The position numbers and the translations under genes are program-made. Positions 21,321 through 31,093 of a DNA stretch of 64,000 nucleotides are shown here, in pieces (position 1 is the first letter of the stretch; each line of letters begins with the position of its first letter). Under the pieces are notes generated by a model, which worked only from the letters and a program-made list of their open reading frames with translations, ran no database searches and was not told where the DNA came from. This stretch comes from an uncultured Candidatus Binatia bacterium. GTDB lineage: Bacteria > Desulfobacterota > Binatia > UBA9968 > JAJDTQ01. Location: NCBI GenBank assembly GCA_965242525.1, contig OZ251459.1:1888001-1952000 (forward strand), in the 5' to 3' direction.

Positions 21321-22079
21321 CTAATTCGTCAAGTCAACGATTATGTTGAAGTCTTTATGCGCAGGCGGTCCTTCGGTATCCGTCGCCTCAACACGCCACC
21401 TTACCGTACCTGCTGCGACCCCGATCATCGTCACCACGCTGCCGGAAACGGTGACCGTAGCCGCGGAGGGGTTCTCCCCTAATATGTTGTCGGGTGCAAT
21501 GCTAACACTGTAGGTCAACCTGTCGCCATTCGGATCCGTGAAATACGGCTCCACGTCCAATATCCGCGTGAAGCCCACATCCACCCTCTGGTCGGGGATG
21601 GCGCCGCCTTGCGCCATAGGAGGAGCAGGCGCAGGAGGCGGGGCCACAGGGGAGGAAGGGGGAGGAGCAGCGGCCACGGCTTCGACTCGTACGGTGAAAT
21701 CCTGATCCGCGGTCAATCCTTCGGGATCCGTCGCCGTGACACGCACCTCCGCCGTGCCCGCTGCGATCCCGCGAATCGTCACCACGCTGCCGGAAACCGT
21801 GACCGTCGCCGCGGAGGCGTTCCCGGATGCGACGCTGTAGGTCAAACTTTCGCTATCCGGATCCGTGAAATACGGCTCCACGTCCAACGTCTCCGTGGCG
21901 CCCTCGTCCAACCTCTGGCCGGGGATGGCGCCTTGCGCCACGGGGGCCATGGGGGGTTGGATCTGCATCATGGGCCGCTTGCCGACGTAGCCGCCGTCGC
22001 AGAAGCCGAGTCCCGCGAAACCCGCGAAAGCGAGACAGCAGAGCAGAACCAGCGTCAGTTTGTTCGTTGACGATTGCAT
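21321..22079 (-). CDS. Secreted protein with two Ig/cadherin-like repeats
   Basis: Signal-like N-terminus; duplicated IPxQ...LDVEPYFTDP...LTYSV...AATVTVSGSVVT...V.ATD.EG units joined by a Pro-rich linker. Confidence 0.8.
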   Translation of the reverse strand: MQSSTNKLTLVLLCCLAFAGFAGLGFCDGGYVGKRPMMQIQPPMAPVAQGAIPGQRLDEGATETLDVEPYFTDPDSESLTYSVASGNASAATVTVSGSVVTIRGIAAGTAEVRVTATDPEGLTADQDFTVRVEAVAAAPPPSSPVAPPPAPAPPMAQGGAIPDQRVDVGFTRILDVEPYFTDPNGDRLTYSVSIAPDNILGENPSAATVTVSGSVVTMIGVAAGTVRWRVEATDTEGPPAHKDFNIIVDLTN

Positions 22080-22128
22080 GGGCGTTATCGGGGTCCTCCT
22101 CGGGGGTCGCATCGTTCGCCTTGCCGGC

Positions 22129-23511
22129 TCAGGCCGCGGGAGAGACCTCCGCGGAAAGGCTGCGGGCCTCCTGCATGGCGGGGTTCGCAAGCAACCGGAT
22201 CCTGGCCCGCGCCGTGGTCGCTCCCGCCCGGATCGTCACCTCCGTGGGCTCGTCCACGTAATCCACCCCCGGGACCGCGGGGTTGGCCCCGTCTCCGGGC
22301 GCGAGCCTCACTTCGAGCCGGAGGTCCGACGACAAGGGCGCCGCAATGTACACCTCGACCCCGATCTCCGCTCCGCTCGCAGCCCCCGACTGGAGGAACC
22401 GCACACCGGCGCTGCCCGCGGCAACCAGTTCCGTGGCCGCCACTTCGCGTTCGATGGTCTCCAGCCGCTCCACGTTCTCCACCGGACGCCAGACGTCCGC
22501 GGTAGCCTGCGAACCCCCCGCGACTCCCAGCCATTCCCAGGACGGCGCCTTGCGCTGCGGCACGCCCCCGAAGGGGATCCGCAACGCCGCGGTGACCGAA
22601 CCCGAATCGTCGGCGGAGCCGATCCCCGCGAACCCTCCCCGCAGGCGCAGCCACGGATGCGGACGCCAGCCCAGGCCGATGCGACCGTCCGTTTCCCGCC
22701 TGCCCGGGCGGCTCGTCTCCCATTCGGCCACCGACGCGTCCAGCGATACCGTCGTGGTCAGGTGGAGCCGCGCCCCGAGCCTCGTGCCCCCGCGGGGGCG
22801 CTCCACGTAGCCGAACCGACTCGGCTGCCAATCCGTGGCAGGAACGAACTGCTGGAGCCAGGCCCGGCCCCACCGTCCGGCATAGTCGATGCCGGCCACC
22901 ACCCGCCGATGGCCCCGCTCCACGTTCTCCTGCACCAGGGTCGAGAGGCCGAACACGTTCGCTCCGGGTTCCCCCAACAGCGAGAAGCGGTACGCGGCGC
23001 CGTAGCGCAGGTCGTTGCGCCGCCGTCCCCGGCCGTCGGTCCAGCGCGTGGCGCCCTGCTGGAAGAAGAACGCGCCGGTATTCAGCACCGCGGGACCGCT
23101 GCCCGGTTTCGCGCTGAACGAGGCCACCGGCAGGACCGTGTCCATGTTCCCGTTGAGACCCTCGCCGTAGGGCGACCAGGACAGGCTCTGGACGAAGCGG
23201 AAGTTGGGACCGAACAGGGCCCGGCCCCGCTCGTTCACGAAACTCGACGTCCGTTCCATCACCAAGTCGCCGAGGCGACCGGACAGGCAGCGCCAGCCGG
23301 AACGGGTGGATTGCTCGAAGTCGTTCCCGCAGTGGACCGCTCCGCTCAACCAGGAAGGGAAGGCATGCCGGTCCACGGGAGTATCGGGCGTGGCGGGAGT
23401 TCCCCCGTCCACCGCGTGGGCCGCTCCGCCCAGTGCGACAGCGAGGAAACCGGCGACCGCCAGCGCCGCGGCAAGGCGACCGAAAGTCAAGGAGATGGGA
23501 ACGAACATCAT
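22129..23511 (-). CDS. Inverse-autotransporter (intimin/invasin-like) beta-barrel protein with one C-terminal Calx-beta-like domain
   Basis: Signal peptide; DTVLP, GAAYRF, NVFG...RGHRRVVAGIDY, ATDW...ERP.GG, WRPVE resemble the invasin beta-domain; C-terminal A.PGVDY...VTI.AG.T resembles Calx-beta. Confidence 0.6.
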   Translation of the reverse strand: MMFVPISLTFGRLAAALAVAGFLAVALGGAAHAVDGGTPATPDTPVDRHAFPSWLSGAVHCGNDFEQSTRSGWRCLSGRLGDLVMERTSSFVNERGRALFGPNFRFVQSLSWSPYGEGLNGNMDTVLPVASFSAKPGSGPAVLNTGAFFFQQGATRWTDGRGRRRNDLRYGAAYRFSLLGEPGANVFGLSTLVQENVERGHRRVVAGIDYAGRWGRAWLQQFVPATDWQPSRFGYVERPRGGTRLGARLHLTTTVSLDASVAEWETSRPGRRETDGRIGLGWRPHPWLRLRGGFAGIGSADDSGSVTAALRIPFGGVPQRKAPSWEWLGVAGGSQATADVWRPVENVERLETIEREVAATELVAAGSAGVRFLQSGAASGAEIGVEVYIAAPLSSDLRLEVRLAPGDGANPAVPGVDYVDEPTEVTIRAGATTARARIRLLANPAMQEARSLSAEVSPAA

Positions 23512-23746
23512 GCACGTCTCCTGAGATTAGACAGGTTGCCCTGAATATCACTTTTGCGGCCCCGCGTCAACCGCCGGGCGCCGGAGCTTTTCCGCAAAGC
23601 CGCTCCGGGGAGCGCGGACATCCTGCCCGCATCCTTCCGTCGGGTCCCGCGTTGTTGGCCGGGTCTCGGCGTGGTAAAGGTAGATTCGGGGACTGGAACT
23701 GCTTCCGGGCCGGTGCGGACAAGGCAGTGTCCCAGGAGTTCGTCAG

Positions 23747-24640
23747 GTGAAACGACCCTTCTTGACCACCTCCCACGGAGTGCTCTTCGACGCCGATTGT
23801 CTCCAGGTGCTCGGCGGCATGAAGTCGGGGGTCATCGACACGGTCTTTGCCGATCCCCCGTTCAACATCGGCAAGGACTACAGGAACGGCTACAACGACG
23901 CCGCGGCCCAGGCCGAATACCTGCGCTGGTGTCGTCGCTGGATCCTCGAATGTTGCCGCATCCTGAAGCCCGGGGGAGCGTTCTTCCTCTACGCCACGCC
24001 GGAACTGGCGGTCCGGTTCGCCCCCATCATGGGCGAGAAGCTGGATTTCCGCCACTGGATTGCGTTGACCATGAAAGGCACCTATCCCCGGGGCAAGAAA
24101 CTCTACCCGGCCCACTACGCCCTCCTCTACTACACCCGGGGCACGCCGCGCACCTTCAACAGACTCCGTCTGCCCATCGAGACCTGTCGTCACTGCGGCA
24201 GGGAAATCCGGGACTACGGCGGCCACCGCAACAAGATGAACCGCGAAGGCGTGAACCTGACCGACTTCTGGACCGACACCTCCCCCAATCGTCACACGAA
24301 ATTCAAGGTCCGGCCGGGCGTGAACGAGCTGAAGCCGATGATACCCGAACGGGCCATACTCATCTCGACCCAACCTGGCGACGTCGTGTTCGATCCGTTC
24401 GGCGGCGGAGGCTCCACGTTCCAGGCGGCCGAAAAGCTCCACCGCCACTGGGTCGGCGCCGAGCTTCATGACGCCGCGCACATCCGCAGACGCATGACGG
24501 AGAACGCTTCCCTCTTTCCCGCCCCGGCACGACGGTTCGACTACGAGGAACTGTTCACCCATGAAGATCGGCAAGATACGGTTCTACGGCGGATCGAGAG
24601 AGAAGGTGTGCCGTCTCGGACTGGCGCATCTCTTTCTTGA
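23747..24640 (+). CDS. Site-specific DNA methyltransferase (beta class, N4-C/N6-A)
   Basis: FADPPFN precedes VFDPFGGGGST. Confidence 0.92.
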   Translation: MKRPFLTTSHGVLFDADCLQVLGGMKSGVIDTVFADPPFNIGKDYRNGYNDAAAQAEYLRWCRRWILECCRILKPGGAFFLYATPELAVRFAPIMGEKLDFRHWIALTMKGTYPRGKKLYPAHYALLYYTRGTPRTFNRLRLPIETCRHCGREIRDYGGHRNKMNREGVNLTDFWTDTSPNRHTKFKVRPGVNELKPMIPERAILISTQPGDVVFDPFGGGGSTFQAAEKLHRHWVGAELHDAAHIRRRMTENASLFPAPARRFDYEELFTHEDRQDTVLRRIEREGVPSRTGASLS

Positions 24641-25124
24641 ATTGCTGGAAATCCTCGTTTCCACCGAGGTTCGCGTGCTCGACCGGAAGCAGGCGAACGG
24701 TGCAGCCCGTGTCCGGGAGATGATCGACGAACGATTCGGCGAGTACCCGGATTGGGTTCAGTCGAAGTCCGGCGACGTGGATTGGACCAAGAGGCTCCGG
24801 TACAACGAGACCATCGTATCGAGGATGGGAGTGGAGGTTCAGGTTTCGGGCAGGAGCGACCTGCTTGCCCGGGACATCGTCCACATCCGCAACAACCTCC
24901 AGGACAGCCATATCGACGTGGGCGTGATCGTCGTTCCGTCCGACGATCTCGAATTCCTGCTGACCGACCGCGTGGCCAACTTCAGCTACGCCGTCCGGTA
25001 CATCGAGCAGGAACTACGCGAGGCCAAGGACTACCCCATCGTGCTGTTGGCCGTGGAACATGACGGATACTCGTCGGTTCCTCTCCCGAAAAAGGTCACC
25101 AACCGAGGCAAGGTCAGTGGGTAG
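24561..25124 (+). CDS. Type II restriction endonuclease, BamHI/BglII/BstYI fold
   Basis: GDVDW...GVEVQ; LTDRVANF and EHDGYSSVPL resemble the BamHI C-terminal half; overlaps the MTase by 80 bp. Confidence 0.72.
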   Translation: MKIGKIRFYGGSREKVCRLGLAHLFLELLEILVSTEVRVLDRKQANGAARVREMIDERFGEYPDWVQSKSGDVDWTKRLRYNETIVSRMGVEVQVSGRSDLLARDIVHIRNNLQDSHIDVGVIVVPSDDLEFLLTDRVANFSYAVRYIEQELREAKDYPIVLLAVEHDGYSSVPLPKKVTNRGKVSG

Positions 25125-25200
25125 CGGCTGCCGGGCCGCTGCCGGCGGGACCCGCCGGACGACGGCAGCGGTCGCCCGTTCCCGAAGACAAGGAGTCGCC

Positions 25201-26124
25201 ATGTCGCCAAGCCCCATGTCGCCAAGCCGTCTCGTCCCGGAGGGGCGCGAGGTCTTCCTCGATCACGTGGGGCTGTTCGTCCCGGACTTCGACGCGTCCC
25301 CCCGAAGGCTCGAGGAACTGGGGTTCTCGCTCACGCCGTTCGTGGCCCACATGGCCAGCACCGAGCCGGGGGTGGAGGCCGCGCCCAGCGGCACGGGCAA
25401 CCGGTGCGCCATCTTCGGCCAGGGCTACCTGGAGATGCTCGGGCCTACGGCGGACACTCCCTTGTCGCGGCAGCTACGGGCGCAGCTCGCCCGCTACCCG
25501 GGATGGCACCTGATCGCGTTCGCCGCCAACCACCCGGAAGGGAACCACGAGCGCCTTGCCCGGGAGGGCTTCCGGCCGCTGCCGCTGGTGCGGCTGGCCC
25601 GCCCGGTGCCCACGGACGACGGCGAGGACACCGCCCGCTTCTCGGTCATCCGGGTCCCGCCGGAGGTGATGCCCGAGGGGCGCATCCAGACGGTCACGCA
25701 CCACACGCCGGAACTGGTGTGGCAGCGCCGCTACCAGCGCCAGCCCAACGGCGCCGCGGCCCTGACCGGGGTACGGGTGTGCGTGGACGACGCCCGGGAG
25801 GCGGCCGCCCGCTTCGGCCGGTTCCTCGGCGTGGAGGCGACCGCCACGAACGACGGGTGGGGGCTGGGGCTCCACCGGGGCCGCGTGGCCTTCGTCGAGG
25901 CCAGCCGTTTCCGCGAGCTCTACCCGGACCGGGAGCTCCCCTGCACGCCTTACATCGCCGAGGTCTCCTTGCGCACCGACGACCTCGCGGCCGCGCGCCG
26001 GTGCTTCGACGAGCGCGGCGTCCGGTACGAGACCCCGGACGACGACTCCCTGATGGTCCCCGGGGCCGAGGCCCTGGGGGCGTCGTTCCTGTTCCACCGG
26101 ACGCCGGAGGGAGGCATCCCGTGA
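25201..26124 (+). CDS. VOC/glyoxalase-like family protein
   Basis: LDHVG...LGF.LTP, GTGN.C..F..GYLE, Q..TPELVW, PNGA; AAGGAG RBS. Confidence 0.82.
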   Translation: MSPSPMSPSRLVPEGREVFLDHVGLFVPDFDASPRRLEELGFSLTPFVAHMASTEPGVEAAPSGTGNRCAIFGQGYLEMLGPTADTPLSRQLRAQLARYPGWHLIAFAANHPEGNHERLAREGFRPLPLVRLARPVPTDDGEDTARFSVIRVPPEVMPEGRIQTVTHHTPELVWQRRYQRQPNGAAALTGVRVCVDDAREAAARFGRFLGVEATATNDGWGLGLHRGRVAFVEASRFRELYPDRELPCTPYIAEVSLRTDDLAAARRCFDERGVRYETPDDDSLMVPGAEALGASFLFHRTPEGGIP

Positions 26125-27491
26125 GCGCGGACACACGCTACGACTTCGACCTGTTCACCATCGGCGCGGGCTCCGGGGGCGTGCGGGCGAGCCGCATGGC
26201 GGCCGCCTACGGCGCCCGGGTGGCGGTGGCGGAGGAACGCTACCTGGGCGGCACCTGCGTCAACGTGGGCTGCATCCCCAAGAAGCTGCTGGTCCACGGC
26301 TCCCACTTCGCCGGCGACTTCGAGGACGCCCGCGGCTTCGGCTGGACCGTGGGCGAGAGCGCGTTCGACTGGCCCTCGCTGGTCCGCAACAAGGACCGGG
26401 AGATCGCGCGCCTCAACTCGATTTACCGCAAACTGCTGGAAGACAACGGAGTGACGTTGTTCGAGGCCCGGGCCCGGGTGGCGGACCCGCACACCGTGGA
26501 GGTGGGCGACCGGAAGGTCACCGCGGCGCACATCCTGGTGGCCACCGGCGGCTGGCCCACGGTCCCGGACGTCCCCGGAAGGGAGCACGCCATCACGTCC
26601 AACGAGGCGTTCCACCTGCCCCGCCTGCCCGGGCGCATGGTCATCGTCGGCGGCGGCTACATCGCGGTGGAGTTCGCCGGCATCTTCCACGGTCTCGGGG
26701 TCGATGTCACCGAGCTCTACCGGGGCCCGCTCTTCCTGCGCGGGTTCGACATGGACGTGAGGCGCACCCTCGCCGACGAGATGCGCAAGCAGGGCGTCCG
26801 CCTGCGGTTCGACGCGGACGTTGCCGGCATCCAACGGAGCGGACGGACACTGACGGCGACCCTGAAGGACGGCCGGCGCCTGGAGACCGACGCGGTGATG
26901 TTCGCCACCGGCCGACTGCCCAACACCCGCGGACTGGGGATACGGGAGGCGGGGGTCGAGCTCGCCCCCAACGGCGCGGTGGCGGTGGACGAGCGCTTCC
27001 GGACCAGCGTCCCGTCCATCTTCGCCCTCGGCGACGTGACCGACCGGGTCAAGCTCACCCCCGTGGCCATCGCCGAGGCCATGGTCTTCGCGCGGACGCT
27101 GTTCGGGGACGGCGCCGGCGCCATGGACTACGCGAACGTCCCGTCCGCGGTGTTCAGCCAGCCGCCGGTGGCCACGGTGGGATACACGGAAGAAGCGGCC
27201 CGGGAGGTCCACGGCGAGGTGGACGTGTACCGGACGGTCTTCACGCCCCTCAAGCACACCCTTTCCGGACGGGACGAGAAGACCATGATGAAGCTCGTGG
27301 TGGAGCGCGCCGGCGACCGGGTGGTGGGCTGCCACATGGTCGGCGCCGACGCCGGGGAGATCATCCAGGGGTTGGCCGTGGCCCTCGAGTGCAACGCCAC
27401 CAAGGCCGACTTCGACCGGACCATCGGCATCCATCCCACCGCCGCGGAAGAGTTCGTGACCATGCGCGAACCCGCAGTCGCGGCGGGTTAG
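26121..27491 (+). CDS. gor: Glutathione-disulfide reductase
   Basis: [41 protein letters not shown]. Confidence 0.95.
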   Translation: MSADTRYDFDLFTIGAGSGGVRASRMAAAYGARVAVAEERYLGGTCVNVGCIPKKLLVHGSHFAGDFEDARGFGWTVGESAFDWPSLVRNKDREIARLNSIYRKLLEDNGVTLFEARARVADPHTVEVGDRKVTAAHILVATGGWPTVPDVPGREHAITSNEAFHLPRLPGRMVIVGGGYIAVEFAGIFHGLGVDVTELYRGPLFLRGFDMDVRRTLADEMRKQGVRLRFDADVAGIQRSGRTLTATLKDGRRLETDAVMFATGRLPNTRGLGIREAGVELAPNGAVAVDERFRTSVPSIFALGDVTDRVKLTPVAIAEAMVFARTLFGDGAGAMDYANVPSAVFSQPPVATVGYTEEAAREVHGEVDVYRTVFTPLKHTLSGRDEKTMMKLVVERAGDRVVGCHMVGADAGEIIQGLAVALECNATKADFDRTIGIHPTAAEEFVTMREPAVAAG

Positions 27492-27508
27492 CGCCGTTCC
27501 AGCGACCC

Positions 27509-27868
27509 GTGCGAACCTTGCGCAGACTCAAACCCGCCCCGGCGCTGTGCCTGGCGTTCGCCCTCGTCCTCACGAGCGCCTGCGGCGACAAGGGCGACGG
27601 TTCGCAGACGGTGAAAGGACCGGACCCGGACCGGGGGAGGCGTCTCTACATCGCCACGTGCATCGTCTGCCACAATGTCGATCCGAGCAAGGCAGGCTCC
27701 CTCGGTCCGGCCGTCGAAGGGGCGTCAGCAGAGTTGCTGGAGGCCAAGGTCCTGCACAAGCGGTATCCGCCGGGCTACCGGCCCAAACGGCCCACCAAGG
27801 CCATGCCCACGTATCCCCAACTGAGGAAGAGGATTCCCGATATTGCCGCCTACCTGGCGCAGCCGTAG
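27509..27868 (+). CDS. Monoheme cytochrome c lipoprotein
   Basis: Lipobox LTSAC; CIVCH heme motif; distal MP; start codon approximate. Confidence 0.8.
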   Translation: MRTLRRLKPAPALCLAFALVLTSACGDKGDGSQTVKGPDPDRGRRLYIATCIVCHNVDPSKAGSLGPAVEGASAELLEAKVLHKRYPPGYRPKRPTKAMPTYPQLRKRIPDIAAYLAQP

Positions 27869-27876
27869 CGGACCGC

Positions 27877-28584
27877 CTACGCCAACACCAGCAGCAACCA
27901 CAGGATGGCCGTGAGGACCAGGCCGCTCCAGATCACCCCCGGAATGGACGTCAGGAGTTTCTTGGTCCCTCCCTGGGCGTTGCCCGCCAACGCGTTCAAC
28001 TCGATGATGGCAATGATCGCAAGGCTGGCGATCCAGAAGACCGTGAGACCTCCGGGGCTGGGCTCGGAGGAATGCGGATAGTGCTTCGCCGCTCCCATCA
28101 TGAAAAGCATGGGGATGGAGAAGAGCGTGTTGGTGCGGGATGCGAAGCCGGCCCACTGGCCCTTGCTCGCCGCGTCCGGAAGCGCCTCGCCTCCCTCCGC
28201 GACCTTGTTGGCGGAGGCGATGACCACCTGCTGGTTGGGCCAGATCACCATCCACACGTTGAGGAACATGATCGTGCCCATGGTCCCGCCGATGGTGATG
28301 GCCATGCCGTAACCGGCGGTAAAGAAATAGTCCCCGCCCTGTTGTCCGAGCTCGATGAGGTACATCAGTATCCCGGCCAGGAAGGTGAACATGGCGCCCC
28401 AACGGAACCACCAGAGGGCGCGCGGCACGAGCTTCTGTATGGCGCCGCTACGGGTGCCGGCCTCGGTCTCGGCGAAGAACGGCGTCTGGACGAAGTTGAA
28501 GTAGTAGAGCAACCCGATCCATGTCACACCGGCCAGCAAATGCACCCACCGCAGCAAAAACTTCAAAAGCTCCAGATTCTCCAT
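27877..28584 (-). CDS. Urate hydroxylase PuuD-like (DUF989) membrane protein
   Basis: RWVHLLAGVTWIGLLYYFN, WWFRW, GTIMFLNVW.VIWPNQ, SRTNT. Confidence 0.85.
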   Translation of the reverse strand: MENLELLKFLLRWVHLLAGVTWIGLLYYFNFVQTPFFAETEAGTRSGAIQKLVPRALWWFRWGAMFTFLAGILMYLIELGQQGGDYFFTAGYGMAITIGGTMGTIMFLNVWMVIWPNQQVVIASANKVAEGGEALPDAASKGQWAGFASRTNTLFSIPMLFMMGAAKHYPHSSEPSPGGLTVFWIASLAIIAIIELNALAGNAQGGTKKLLTSIPGVIWSGLVLTAILWLLLVLA

Positions 28585-28716
28585 CGATGACCTCCTGTTT
28601 GCTGTTGCTCGAATGCTTGAACGCTGCCCATTAACGCTGCCCATTATATGCCGCAAAAGGCCGGATCGTCAATGAAAAGTCCGCAGGCCCCCGAACGACG
28701 GTCCGAGCCGCGGGGT

Positions 28717-30936
28717 TCAGTGGTCCTCCGCGACGAAGGGCCGGAACTTCTCGTAGAGGTCCTGGAGCCTCGCCCTGTAGTAGTCCAGGTTCTCGTCCGG
28801 CTCGGCCGGGTCCCATTCCGAGACGTGCTTGCAGTTCTCGTTCACCCGGACGCCGGCGCCCTGGCCGGTGACGTACCAGGAGACCTGGTCTCCCGGCAGG
28901 TGCCTCCGCTCCGACCGAAGCGCGACCTCGTACCCCGCCCGGGGCTGCTGCCTGCCGCCCTTGACCTTCATCTGGTAGTCGTCCAGCGGCTCGCGCAAGG
29001 TCTCGGTCCTCGCCAACAGCGGCAACCCGATCCGGTGCTCCCCGATGGCGTCCCGGTATCGCTGGTACAGGGCGGGGACCTCGTCCTTCCGCCCCCGGAG
29101 CAGGAGCAGGAGCATCTCGTCCAGCCACTTGCGCCGGTAGCGCTCCAGGCCGCGGGAGCTCAGGCCGGAGCCGCTGACGGAAAGGCCGCCTTCGTGGTCC
29201 AGCAGCGCGTGGCTGTCCGCGGCGATGCAGAACATGGCCCGGTAGCGCTCCAGTGGCAGGCGGACCGGCCAGGGCAGGCGCGACGAAGCCTCCGCCGCCA
29301 GCGCTTCCTCGTCCCCGGCCCCGACCGCGTCCGCGGGGGGAACGAAATAGACGCCGCCGGCGTCCACCGTCACCACCCGGGCCCGGAGCTCCTCCAGCCT
29401 TTCCGCCAACCCGCGCACCAGCGCTTCCCCCTCGCGGGTGACGCGGGCCGCGGCGTCGAAGTCGTTGAAGTGCGCCTCGGGGCAGGCCAGGTAGCCGAGG
29501 AAGGAATCCACCAGCGTCTTGAGTTCGGACCGGACCGTAGAGCGGAACCGGTGGGCGTCCCCTGCGGGAGCGGCGTCGGCCGTGGGGCCGGGCCGTTCCC
29601 ACAGGTCCCGGAACCCGCGCAGCAAGCCCGGAAAGACCCGGAGGCGGTCCTGCCCGGGAGCGAGGCCGCGGGCCAGCATGACGGCCGGATACAGCGGGGT
29701 GAGGTCGCAACGGAGCACCCGTTGCGAGACTCCCGCGACCTTGAGGGCCGCGTACTTCTCCGCCACCGGCGCCCCGGTCCCGGGCTCGGGAACGGAGCGG
29801 CCCCGGGCCAGGTACTCCCGGAGCATGAGCCGGTCGATCTTCTCGGTCTCGGCGGTGAGCGGCGTGTCCTGGTAACGGCACGGGAAGATCCGCGCCTGCA
29901 CGTAGCAGCCCGGGGAGAGGGCCGCGGATATGGCCCGGGTCTCCCGGACGTCGTCCATGGCGTAGCGGAACAGGGTGTCCGGGTCGTGGTCGAAGTACCA
30001 GCTCGCCTTTTCGCCCGGGAGGTAGGTCCGGTCCGGGGCCGCGACGCCGAAGTGCCGGGCCACGTCCTTGAGGCCGTTCTTCCTGAGCTCCCGGTGGGTG
30101 CGCATGTAGCGCTGGGCCAGGAACCACGTGTCCATGACGTGGCGCCCGTGGATGCGGTAGTTGCGGTACGGGATCACCCGGTCGCCCGCCTGGAACCGCG
30201 CCGGCCCGTGTCCGGGAAGGCTGCCGTCCCTGCCCAACCGGAGGTCCACGCCGAACCGCTTGGCGCGCTCCTCCATGTACGGGAGGTCGAAGCGGAAGAT
30301 GTTGTGCCCCTCGATGACGTCCGGGTCGCGCCCGCGCACCTCCGCGGCCATCTCCCGGAGCATCTCCCCTTCGTCGCGGTCCCTGCCCGAGATGAGCCGT
30401 TCCCAACCGCTGGTGTCCGACATGGCGATGGCGGTGATGCGGTCGCCCCGGCGGCGCGGGTTGGGAAACTCGAAGCCGTCCGTGCGGTACACCTCCAGGT
30501 CGATCTGCATGCGCGCGAGACGGTCGAAGCCCATGCCGAGGAAATGGGTCTCGCCGGACCATAGGAGGTACTGCTGCACCGGGTCCCGCAGCCACAGGTA
30601 CGGCGACCCCGGAGCGCCCATGCGCCTGCCGCTCTTGCGCTGGAGCCAGGACCGGGCCGATTCCAGCGCGTCGAGGTCCGGGAAGAAGGCCAGCCCGCGG
30701 AAGGCGCCGTCTCCCTCCAGCCGCTCCACCCGGCACTCCCCTTTCCATCCCGCGATCCGGTCCTCGGAGGAGAGCCAGAGGAACGGCTCGAACCGGACCG
30801 TGCGGGAACGCACCGCGGAAGCCTCCCTGGAGAAGATGCGGACCCGGTCCTTGCCTTCCATCTCCAGGCCCACCATGCGGGGAGTTGCGGCGCGGCCGAA
30901 GAGCGCCGGTTCGTGCTCGGGGATCAGTTCGGACAT
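28717..30936 (-). CDS. Family B DNA polymerase-like protein with degenerate polymerase active site
   Basis: Exonuclease motifs DLE, HNIFRFDLPY, YAMDD intact; polymerase motifs altered (DLTPLYP, KTLVDSFLG, VDAGG). Confidence 0.85.
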   Translation of the reverse strand: MSELIPEHEPALFGRAATPRMVGLEMEGKDRVRIFSREASAVRSRTVRFEPFLWLSSEDRIAGWKGECRVERLEGDGAFRGLAFFPDLDALESARSWLQRKSGRRMGAPGSPYLWLRDPVQQYLLWSGETHFLGMGFDRLARMQIDLEVYRTDGFEFPNPRRRGDRITAIAMSDTSGWERLISGRDRDEGEMLREMAAEVRGRDPDVIEGHNIFRFDLPYMEERAKRFGVDLRLGRDGSLPGHGPARFQAGDRVIPYRNYRIHGRHVMDTWFLAQRYMRTHRELRKNGLKDVARHFGVAAPDRTYLPGEKASWYFDHDPDTLFRYAMDDVRETRAISAALSPGCYVQARIFPCRYQDTPLTAETEKIDRLMLREYLARGRSVPEPGTGAPVAEKYAALKVAGVSQRVLRCDLTPLYPAVMLARGLAPGQDRLRVFPGLLRGFRDLWERPGPTADAAPAGDAHRFRSTVRSELKTLVDSFLGYLACPEAHFNDFDAAARVTREGEALVRGLAERLEELRARVVTVDAGGVYFVPPADAVGAGDEEALAAEASSRLPWPVRLPLERYRAMFCIAADSHALLDHEGGLSVSGSGLSSRGLERYRRKWLDEMLLLLLRGRKDEVPALYQRYRDAIGEHRIGLPLLARTETLREPLDDYQMKVKGGRQQPRAGYEVALRSERRHLPGDQVSWYVTGQGAGVRVNENCKHVSEWDPAEPDENLDYYRARLQDLYEKFRPFVAEDH

Positions 30937-31093
30937 GACGGGCCAGGGCAGCGGGGGATCATGGTTGACGGACGCCGGAGGCCGGGATTCCTACCAGATA
31001 CGGACGGTCATGGAAACGCAACCCGATGCGGGTCCACGGGCTGCCCTCCGCACAACGGGTGCGCGCACGAGGAATCCATGCTACATAAGGACC

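Noticed and set aside
23747-25124. Inferring GGATCC specificity from site avoidance
   Set aside because: GGATCC occurs repeatedly in the window, and specificity cannot be read from sequence by eye
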